Source of the DNA: Candidatus Latescibacterota bacterium
GTDB taxonomy: Bacteria > Latescibacterota > UBA2968 > UBA8231
Assembly: GCA_965206595.1 (NCBI GenBank)
Contig: OZ242214.1
Coordinates: forward strand, 3,552,001 to 3,616,000
Length of the DNA: 64,000 bases
Reading direction: 5' to 3'
This document shows positions 20,101-27,585 of the stretch, in pieces. The notes beneath the pieces were generated by a model. The model had not been told where the DNA came from. It saw nothing but the letters and a program-made list of their open reading frames with translations, and did not search any database. The translations under genes and the position numbers were made by a program. Position 1 is the first letter of the stretch; each line of letters opens with the position of its first letter.

Positions 20101-20579
20101 GGGGATTCTACCGAACTTACCGAGCGCAGGGGCGAAAATACACGGATCATTACGGACCTAATATCGAGGTGGCACGCCGGAGTTTGGCCCAAGACAGGGA
20201 CACACGAGATAGGCTGCGCCAAGCGGTGCAAAAGATTTGGGATAACTGGAAATCGAATGGCAATGGCCTCGTTTTCGAGCAGTACTTGGCCCTCCAAAGC
20301 CATCTAGTGGATGAGGTATATCCCAAAAGAAGAGTTGTGATAGACGGCCAGAGTGTGAATGTGGACGACTTGTTCTACAGCTTGCTTAGCGAGGCTTTCA
20401 AAAAGAATTTCAAGGAGGTGCAGAAGCGCTTGGGCATTAGCCCCAGCGAATTGGACGACCGTATCGTCAAACACTTGCAGAACAAAGATGGTTTTGCCAA
20501 ACCCCTAGACTATAGCGATCCTCACTGCAAAGACGATATATATGTGATGGCGGGTGCCAGCCAATGCTTAGAGAAGTGA
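17118..20579 (+). CDS. Large tubulin/FtsZ-like GTPase (Tubulin_2/FtsZl1-type) with long helical C-terminus
   Basis: PTLLIGLGGTG, GAGQIRSFGRL, tubulin signature SLGGGTGSG and ANGFAALKEL, then ~780 aa mostly helical/coiled-coil. GAAGGAG RBS before ATG 17118. Confidence 0.88.
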   Translation: MPRVGTLTQAKEGSQTIDIRPTLLIGLGGTGKEVLRRLRRMFYEKYRVAGLPIMEYLWFDTDIRNQSLSGEVPDELDRRIDLTAPQKIDGRVQPGELDGYRRNKNAYPHIWDWFPSELDALPANAIMQGAGQIRSFGRLAFFHHYTRIHDAIERLGRKVTAQEAFADMDRDYPDYTVDKSAFDIIIISSLGGGTGSGCFIDVGFLCRVLFPTSTRTAFLAMPTVFDDVVGSAGTEAVHANGFAALKELEYFMQPRFIVDEDKETSEYSTHEFNWDGSPQPVPAPPFDTVYMLDNENVDGERITEFTDTFQMIAEFLLLDFDRTRFAAQKRSVRSNMEQYLQDVTGYHSGSYVQYFPCRYASFGLSQIELNQPRLANAAANRCAQYLVELIMAKDNRIPRGYDDADVKPRLEGMGLTEKLFLQRCLAMPGKDFTLIDEVVNELIEPAFNELQNELHTAPAVEDQKVLDHLVEKTRQDMGRLVREVKERVGERLLQQGTKKGDGVTQILENISLDRPNLEKRVEAECLELLCDPLNFGPKFMVEWLKIAVLELERIKEELQARENQDIEALEAPSLEIEFSEDYEKYEARLKAARDEMPFAILTRRIAINHYKGRKKQSLKQNAELITRNLVQQVKAVEKQLKEWVTARYEQEAARRLFNPNSGGQVQEKGLLENMIGFVGQQTEVRGTDGELQVEFSGLLAKVEEFQKHLQDLASRFEGFHNSYRKRMPSVRNLSLMPELNYEEAIKKELERRGLTGAGFKAILQNILRRYFRSEEAKPLFAEYANLEGTEIDAIRDCTRIIFNRSANKNNAPRDWEEVEDSLSRFAFDLFKEFYADRNAVQELQNQKHNEKEEMQKRARLAKPRMSKLKPAPQGMSNHTRNTIGLPPNEKRWEELIDQNVEGYKAEYHAPDSVIFVSQWMAFPLFAIENLRKLHGAYKNNLKVPQNVFRRYMTKDYIKYPEILPPRDDQEARTLVDALQPLIDGILLEVVTFDRRGFYRTYRAQGRKYTDHYGPNIEVARRSLAQDRDTRDRLRQAVQKIWDNWKSNGNGLVFEQYLALQSHLVDEVYPKRRVVIDGQSVNVDDLFYSLLSEAFKKNFKEVQKRLGISPSELDDRIVKHLQNKDGFAKPLDYSDPHCKDDIYVMAGASQCLEK

Positions 20580-23500
20580 GTCAAGAGCGGGTTGATAAGG
20601 CGATGGGTGCTTGTCCTGTTTGTCAGTGGCCCTGTGGAAGTCGAATCATCTTTTGCAGCAGTTGCGGGATTCAACTCGCCCGTCTAGAGGTGTCTCCCAA
20701 GCCCGTTGAGTCGTTGACGCTTTTCGAAGGCTTTCCAGTCATCATGTGGTTCGAGAATACCGGGAAAATAGCCGTGGAACTGGAACGTCTCGATGGAGTG
20801 GAATGGGCTTCGGAAGCGAATTGGCCCGTCTCCTTGGAACCAAAGGAAAAAATAGAAATACGCCGGCAGCATACCGAGCGTCTCGGCCAACGGGGGCGGT
20901 TGATCCTGCACTCCACGGTGTCACCGATTTCATTTCATTACCGGGTCCAAAAGGCTCCCCGAATCTGGCTGGCTGACGAGCAGGGACGGAAGTTTGACCA
21001 AGGCACTGACGGCGCACAGTTGTGGCCGGTAAATCAGGAAGCCCAAAGGCACGATCTGGCTCTTCACGCCGCAAGCGAAGTTGTTTTGGAAGGGCCTCCC
21101 CGTCTGTCCAAGGGAGATCAGGTGGTGGATATAGTACCGACGGAAGAGGTAAGCTACCCTTTCCGCTTAGGCCCAGACAAAGCTTTTTCGGTAAGTCTCA
21201 CCCAACCTCAGCCCCTGTCTGAAGAAGGGCATCCTGTATACCTCGTTTTTGCCATCCAGAACAGAGGTGATGTCCATTTTCATCTCAATCTAAAGTACAC
21301 TCTTCGGCCGGTGATCGAGGTTGAGTTCAATCCGCTGAGTTTCACCGGTGACACGGCACTTATCAGCGGAAGCCGAAAACAGAAGACTGCGAGTGCCACC
21401 ATTACGCACTTACGAGGCGCACCACTACGCATAAATGTCGTGACTAGCGATACGTCTTGGCTGCAGGTCATTGACACCAAGAAGGCCCCGGTCATCCTTA
21501 ACCCTCAGAGTTCAACGGCGGGGGTTGGTGAGGTGAGTGTGCTGGATCTCCGGTTGCAAATAAAGACTCTCGAAATCCCTTGGGTAACAGAATCAAAGCA
21601 TTTTAAACCCGAGATCATCGTCAAGGGGGAGGCTAGAGGAGCGGAAGACCCGGCGTTCGAAGAGAGGTACTCGCTCTTTGTCGAAGTAAAGCCTCCCACC
21701 CCGTTAGATTATCCTATTGGCATCGATTTTGGGACGACCAATTCTTGCTTGGCCTATGTTGAAGATGAAGAGACAATGCCTCGCTTGGCAGAACTCGAGA
21801 TAAATGAACCTCGCGCCGAAGTGCCGACTGTCTTTCAGTTCCTAGCAACAAATATGAAAACGGAACGTTTGGAACTTTCCAACCCTCTGGAGCCTAACGA
21901 GCATCACTTGGTGGCGACCGAGAACGAGGAAGCTATCATGCGCTTTGGGCGTCAGCCATTTTGGCAGATGAACGATCTTTGGCTCAATAGCGATGCCAAT
22001 GAGTTCTGGAACTTTATGAGCAGTATCTGCTGGAATTTCAAATACGCTCTCAGCCAACCCGACGATCAGAATTTTTATATTTCTACCGGGATGTCGGAAG
22101 GTATCTTGATCAATGGACATCCCTCTATAAATAGGCGGCCTATCAGCCTGACTCCGGTGGACCAAGTAGCTATTTATCTCCGATTTATGGTAGAGCACTT
22201 CATTGGAGAATTCGGGTATTTGCCCAAAGAGGGCGTGCTGACTTATCCGGCGGTATTCAATCGCCAAAAACAGGCCCTACAGGACGCCGCCGAAAAGGCT
22301 TTGCAGGATCGCGGCATTAAGCTCCACCTAGCTATTAGTGAGCCTGAAGCTATTGCGGTGTATTATGTGAAGAAGCAGCTTGATGAGGGTAATCTGAAAG
22401 ATGATATGGATGAACAGATCATTGGGGTATTCGACTGTGGTGGGGGAACGACCGATATGTCCATCGTACGCTACACTATGAATAATAATGAAGCTCAAGT
22501 GGAAATTCTCGGTTCCGATGGCGACAATCGGCTGGGAGGGAACCTGCTGACATTTCACTTGGCTAAATACTTCTACGAGCAACTCGTCCCTGAACAGTAC
22601 CGCAGTCGCTATCCCTTTGCAAAAGATCTGCGTGATGGCTTAAGCACCCAAGATCCCAGTATGAAAAAGAACTTTCTGTGTCTCTATCGGTTAGCTGAGG
22701 AGATCAAGACAAACAGCAAGGCTTATGAGTCGTTCGATGAATGTTTTTCCCAAGACAGCTACAAGAAACTGATCCAAACAAGAGATAAGGGATTGCTGGA
22801 TCTGCTAGCCAGTGACGAGAAACTGAATTGGCCTAGGATTGATTTGGTCAGCCGAGAAGGGGGCGATGTATTTCGAGTCACGGAGGGCTTAAAGCGCAGC
22901 ATCAACGGCGACGCCTTGCCGGAGGAACTTAGCTCTATGGATTACCAGGCTATTCGCTCTGTGCTCAGCCGAGAATTAGAATGGGGCTTCCAAAAACTAG
23001 CTATGATGCAGCAGGCGCTTTTCGAGCGGGAGATTATGTCGGAATTCCGGCTAGACCACCTGATCTTGGCCGGCAACTCGTCCAAATTGCCGATTATGAA
23101 AGAGGTCGCCCAGGAGATGATACAGGCTAAAGAGTTTTCGGACTCTGCTCTTTCTTCAGAGACAGCCTCCAATAATGGCTTGAAGGCGAGCGTGGCTTCG
23201 GGAGCGGCTATTTACAGCATGTCTCAACGCGATCCAGAGTTCAGACTTCAAGTCTTCGGGATACACAAGCTAAATTATCCGATAGGTTCCTACAATCCAA
23301 TGCGAGGCTTCAGCCCCATTTTCGACCGTTGGATTTCCCTAAATAATGGAGAGGTACATCGCTATGCGAGCAGGGTTTCTCCTAATGATCGTAGGATTCC
23401 TCGGATCCTACTGTACGAATTCTTCGATTGGGACTACAAAAACCGGAAAGCAGATCGGAGTAAAGTAGCGGATATTCCCATGCCGCTAGGGAACAGAGCT

Positions 23501-23665
23501 TTTATGCAGGCCGAGTATTGGCAGTACAAGCTCGAGCTTCGAGCCGACGAAAATAATCTCGGTCGGCTCTATTACAACTTCGCGGTAGGACAGGAAAATG
23601 ATGGAAGTGATTTTGAAGAAATTTATGATGAATACTTGAGATGCGAGGACTTTAACTATAGTTGA
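20564..23665 (+). CDS. Atypical Hsp70-family ATPase with N-terminal Zn ribbon and beta-sandwich-like extension
   Basis: GIDFGTTNS, ISEPEAIA, VFDCGGGTTD, LGGNLL, LILAGNSSK and SVASGAAIY actin/Hsp70 motifs; N-terminal CPVC...FCSSCG. Confidence 0.88.
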   Translation: MLREVSQERVDKAMGACPVCQWPCGSRIIFCSSCGIQLARLEVSPKPVESLTLFEGFPVIMWFENTGKIAVELERLDGVEWASEANWPVSLEPKEKIEIRRQHTERLGQRGRLILHSTVSPISFHYRVQKAPRIWLADEQGRKFDQGTDGAQLWPVNQEAQRHDLALHAASEVVLEGPPRLSKGDQVVDIVPTEEVSYPFRLGPDKAFSVSLTQPQPLSEEGHPVYLVFAIQNRGDVHFHLNLKYTLRPVIEVEFNPLSFTGDTALISGSRKQKTASATITHLRGAPLRINVVTSDTSWLQVIDTKKAPVILNPQSSTAGVGEVSVLDLRLQIKTLEIPWVTESKHFKPEIIVKGEARGAEDPAFEERYSLFVEVKPPTPLDYPIGIDFGTTNSCLAYVEDEETMPRLAELEINEPRAEVPTVFQFLATNMKTERLELSNPLEPNEHHLVATENEEAIMRFGRQPFWQMNDLWLNSDANEFWNFMSSICWNFKYALSQPDDQNFYISTGMSEGILINGHPSINRRPISLTPVDQVAIYLRFMVEHFIGEFGYLPKEGVLTYPAVFNRQKQALQDAAEKALQDRGIKLHLAISEPEAIAVYYVKKQLDEGNLKDDMDEQIIGVFDCGGGTTDMSIVRYTMNNNEAQVEILGSDGDNRLGGNLLTFHLAKYFYEQLVPEQYRSRYPFAKDLRDGLSTQDPSMKKNFLCLYRLAEEIKTNSKAYESFDECFSQDSYKKLIQTRDKGLLDLLASDEKLNWPRIDLVSREGGDVFRVTEGLKRSINGDALPEELSSMDYQAIRSVLSRELEWGFQKLAMMQQALFEREIMSEFRLDHLILAGNSSKLPIMKEVAQEMIQAKEFSDSALSSETASNNGLKASVASGAAIYSMSQRDPEFRLQVFGIHKLNYPIGSYNPMRGFSPIFDRWISLNNGEVHRYASRVSPNDRRIPRILLYEFFDWDYKNRKADRSKVADIPMPLGNRAFMQAEYWQYKLELRADENNLGRLYYNFAVGQENDGSDFEEIYDEYLRCEDFNYS

Positions 23666-24679
23666 ATGTTTTGTAGCAATGACCTGACAAGGGAGACGTT
23701 AAAAAATAAAGACCAGAAAAAGCTTAGAATGGATAAGATATCTATGGCAGAATTCCAAGAAAAGGTTGAGGCCCTAGGCAACGAAGTTGCCCACTGGGAG
23801 AAAGGGCTCCAAGCTCTGCAGGAAATCGTCTCTAAGACAAGACAGGTCCGCGAGAAACTACACACGGGCGATCTCGGCAGTCTCGTCTTCTCGGATATCC
23901 TCGATGTAGCCAAGGGCTTCGATGGAGCGGAAGAGAGCTTTGTGAAGAAAGTTGGCGTGTTTTTGAACGATTTGAGAAACTTCAGAAAAAAGCTGACAAA
24001 GTTCCACGACAATATACAAGCCTCCTACGACGATTACGCAGATCTCTACCAGTCTATCCCTATCAACACCAAGTTCCAAGAGCTACAAAAGCTAGGGGTC
24101 GATGTGGAAAAGAGACTAAAATCGTTCCAAGAAGAAGTACGGGATGCTGCCGAAGAATGGATCAAAAAATACTCAAAGATTACAAATACCCGAGATCGTT
24201 TCCGAGAAATGCTCGAAGAACTGCCACTAGAACCTGAAAAGAGTATGCCGTCGATACAGTATGCCGAGACCATTGACGAGGACATCAAAAAGATCAAAGA
24301 GGCAGTGAATAAATTGGATTTTGTCTCTTTTATATCGGAGGGATCGGCTCTCAAAGATCAATGGACGACGATCCAAGCTAAGATAGACAGTTGTAGCAGT
24401 CCGTGGGATTCTGCACTGATCGGTTTAATCAAACAGTTGGATGGCAAAGAAAAATCGCTAGAACAGAAACCCGCAAAATTGGAAAGATTTGCCCAAGAAC
24501 GCGACTTTGAGTTGATTTGGCCAGAGCAAGGGGACAAATACTCGCCAGAAGATCACCAAATTTCCGATGAGCGAGAAGATTCTCAGGTAGGCCGCGGTCA
24601 AGTGATTCGATTTGTTACACCTGGATTACGCCGGGGAACTGAGGTAATTGTTAAGTCCGGGATTTTGCTAGCGAAATGA
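23666..24679 (+). CDS. Coiled-coil protein with C-terminal GrpE-like domain (putative nucleotide-exchange factor)
   Basis: Long helical region, then GDKYSPEDHQ...GQVIRFVTPGL...VIVKSGILLAK, which matches the GrpE head pattern (GxxFDPxxH...GxVxxVxxxGY...A.V.V). Directly follows the Hsp70 gene; start may be ATG 23729. Confidence 0.68.
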   Translation: MFCSNDLTRETLKNKDQKKLRMDKISMAEFQEKVEALGNEVAHWEKGLQALQEIVSKTRQVREKLHTGDLGSLVFSDILDVAKGFDGAEESFVKKVGVFLNDLRNFRKKLTKFHDNIQASYDDYADLYQSIPINTKFQELQKLGVDVEKRLKSFQEEVRDAAEEWIKKYSKITNTRDRFREMLEELPLEPEKSMPSIQYAETIDEDIKKIKEAVNKLDFVSFISEGSALKDQWTTIQAKIDSCSSPWDSALIGLIKQLDGKEKSLEQKPAKLERFAQERDFELIWPEQGDKYSPEDHQISDEREDSQVGRGQVIRFVTPGLRRGTEVIVKSGILLAK

Positions 24680-24736
24680 GCAAAAGGGTGCCTGTCCTGT
24701 AACTGAATTCCAACTACAGCAGAGAAATCCTCTCCC

Positions 24737-26337
24737 ATGAGTTTAGACTTTTTAGCCCAAAACAGCGATCAGATTCGGGACTGTTTTATCGCTCTCATTA
24801 TCTTGGTCGGCCTATTTGCACTTTACCGATTTGTCCAAGGATGCAGAGAAACGCGGCGATATCGCAGCGGATTGCGTGCTATGGAGAGATGGGAGAAAAG
24901 CAATTCTAATTTCAATCTAGAGGAAAAGACTGAGCAATCTCCCGAAGATGTTATTAAGGAAGTCCAGCATCCCCTAGCCGTCAGTTGGCTCGAACAGCTC
25001 CAGATGTAGACGGTCTTATCGGCTCTATCGAACACGAACTCGCCCGGTACGACGAAGCATTCCGCTCACTTACCAGCAGCCTCATTCTATTGGGCCTACT
25101 GGGCACGTTCGTTGGCTTAATAATCGTGGTCATACCTATCCCAGGTATTATCCAAGGAGCGCAGATTTCACCGACGTTGAGGCAAGAGGTAAAAATAGAG
25201 GATGTATTTAGTACCATCCTAGAAGGATTAGGACAGTCCGTAAGCGGGATGCCGCTGGCGTTCATTACCAGTATAATAGGACTTTTTTCCACCTTAATCC
25301 TCAATGCTCTGTACAGCCCACTACTCCACAGTAGGAACACATTATTGGCAAACATGGAAGAGTGCTTCAACGCGAAGATCGCTCCCAAGTTTGCTGTAAT
25401 GCCGCCTCAGTTGCGCTTGAGCCGCGTCTTTACTCAAACAGTAAACGACCTATACGATAAGTATTTCACTGCGCTTTCCGAATACTTAGACAAAAGACTC
25501 AAGGAGATTGTCAATAGTAACGCCCGCATGGTCTTACTTATAGAAGAGGGCGGAACCAAGCTCAAGGAAAGTAGCGAGGCCAGTCTGAAGAGCGCGCAGA
25601 TTTTTGAGCAGCACAAAGATACGGTAGCTGCAGGGGCGAAAGAAATAATGAGAGCGGCTATAGAGTTTTCTCGACACATCGAGAACTTTGAGCGGCTAAG
25701 CGGGCCTCTGAATGCGCTCAAGAACAGCGTCGATACTATGCTCAAGGAGAGCGAGCGACTGATGGCCCGACAGTTTCAAGCCTTTGATGAGCGGATAGAC
25801 AGACAATCCAAGTTATTTGAGGAGCGAATGGAGATCCTAGGAGATGGTCTAGCCGAGACTCTGGAGACGATAAGAGGATTGAATGACACAGATTATCGTC
25901 CAAATTTCGTGAACATCCAGAACCTACTCATTGCGGTCAAGGAGAGCCAAGATGCCTTCCTGGAATTTCAGAAGAAGACGCTCAACGAGCAAGGCGAAGC
26001 GTTTGAACGGGCTAAGAAACCCTTACAAGATGAATTGGAAAGGCTTCGCCAAGATCTGCAAGGATTTAACAAGGAGATAACGTTGTTGCAGAACCAGGCA
26101 GGCCAAGTGGTAGGGGCGGTCAATCAAGGGTTCAAAAAAACTGGGGAGGATCTCCAAGTACTGAAAGCTATAGATCTGGTAGTCCCCAAGCTCGAAGACA
26201 TGAATGCGACGGCGCAGGCTATAGAGGCTCAGTTGGATGGTATAGCGAAATCGCCGCAGGGTATCACCGTACGATCTCAAAGAACATTGAAATGGAGCAA
26301 TATTCGCCAGTTATTCAAGAAAAATAGCAGGGAATAG
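24737..26337 (+). pseudogene. ZorA/MotA/TolQ/ExbB-like proton-channel subunit with long coiled-coil tail; split by a frameshift near 24990-25005
   Basis: ORF 24737-25009 carries TM1. ORF 24985-26337 carries LLGLLGTFVGL and GMPLAFITSIIGL (MotA/ExbB/ZorA TM motifs) and a ~300-aa helical tail. The break could be real or an assembly error. Confidence 0.75.
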
Positions 26338-26376
26338 CCAGAACCATTAGCTGAATGCTTGGGAAAGTAGCCCCGG

Positions 26377-27033
26377 ATGAAAAGGAATCGCAGCAGCCAT
26401 AGTGGACTCGATTTCTGGCCTTCTTTCACGGACGCAATCACGGCTATTTTCATTTGCGTCACCTTTTTTCTTGTTGTGATGGTGATCAAGAATTATGTGG
26501 ATCTGAGCCGTCTGCGAACGCTGGAACAATTGGTGGGTAAGATAGAGAAAGATCTCGATGAGTTAGAGGAATTTATGGGGGGGGAAGACGTCCTCGTGGA
26601 AGAGGGTACAATTGTTATGCGCAGTGATATTTTGTTCTCTTTTGATGAATCCGAACTGGATGATATTCCCGTCGAAGGGCAGAATCGGCTCAGCCGAATC
26701 GGTAAAAAATTGAAGGAGTTTACGGAAAAAAAAGACAGTAAATTGTTCAGCATAGTGGTAGAGGGCCACACCGACAGTTACGGCGAGAGGGAATACAACC
26801 GCAGTCTATCTCTGAGACGATCTCAAACTGTAATGGACTATTGGGAGCAGGTCGGTTTCACTTGGCAAAATTACGATATTGTCCCGGTCGGCTTAGGTGA
26901 GCGGGAGCTGGTTGTTCCAAACGGAACAAAGGATGAACAGTCCCCTAACCGACGTATCGTTATCCGATTGGTGCCTAAATTTAGCCAACTAATCCAAAGC
27001 CTGAAGGAACAGAACATCCTACTGAGGGAATAG
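26377..27033 (+). CDS. ZorB/MotB-like subunit with OmpA-type peptidoglycan-binding domain
   Basis: FWPSFTD (conserved ion-binding Asp) at the start of a single TM; VVEGHTD, YNRSLSLRRS and NRRIVI OmpA motifs. Confidence 0.9.
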   Translation: MKRNRSSHSGLDFWPSFTDAITAIFICVTFFLVVMVIKNYVDLSRLRTLEQLVGKIEKDLDELEEFMGGEDVLVEEGTIVMRSDILFSFDESELDDIPVEGQNRLSRIGKKLKEFTEKKDSKLFSIVVEGHTDSYGEREYNRSLSLRRSQTVMDYWEQVGFTWQNYDIVPVGLGERELVVPNGTKDEQSPNRRIVIRLVPKFSQLIQSLKEQNILLRE

Positions 27034-27585
27034 CAGTGCTCTGTCATTTAACCCTCTTTGCTGTTGCCTTTGCCAAAGGGAAGACTTTCCGGGGCGGTGG
27101 AGGCTGTTGGGCGGAATCGTTGAGGAGCACGAACTGTCAAGGCGACCGCCCTTGTACCGCCGCCGCGAATCAACCTCATCCCGCTATCCCGGGGTCCTCG
27201 CCCTAACGCCAGAGATCGCCCCCACATCCTACCGCGGTCCCAAGACGAAAACCCTGGGTTGCCCTAGAGTGAACTGTCTCCTCCTGATTTACGAACCCGT
27301 GGAACGCCGCTCAGCTTCTTCGTTCACGCTCTGCTCCACTTGACGCCGACTGTGTGCCGGAGCCAGTAGCAATCTCCGGATTGCTTTCAACCGGGAACCT
27401 GTTCCACTCATGCACCGCGGGCGCTGGGGTTCAAGCGCCACTTGGGTTAACTGTCGGATGTACACCGGTTTGCGTCGCCCGAGCACTTGATCGGATCGGA
27501 CGCTCGATGCGGAGGACGCCAGTCGCCGGTTGGTTCTCACACCTCTCACACCCTCAACCAGAGGGAACGAGAACGGCCGGCTCCC

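Larger units (their letters stand above)
12000..27540. mobile_element. Horizontally acquired low-GC genomic island (borders approximate)
   Basis: Abrupt drop from ~70% to ~48% GC (by eye), A/T-ending codons and abundant CTAG. IS3 and TA debris lie at or just outside the left edge. No integrase or att repeat seen. Confidence 0.8.

Noticed and set aside
17118-20579. Calling the gene ftsZ or the Hsp70 gene dnaK
   Set aside because: Size, domain architecture and genomic context are incompatible with the housekeeping genes.
24737-27033. Calling the locus a canonical Zorya system or flagellar motAB
   Set aside because: No recognisable ZorC/D/E-type effector and no flagellar genes nearby; kept as ZorAB-like only.
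11252-27585. att-like direct repeats or an integrase bounding the island
   Set aside because: No matching flanking repeat, tRNA or integrase found by eye; borders rest on composition only.
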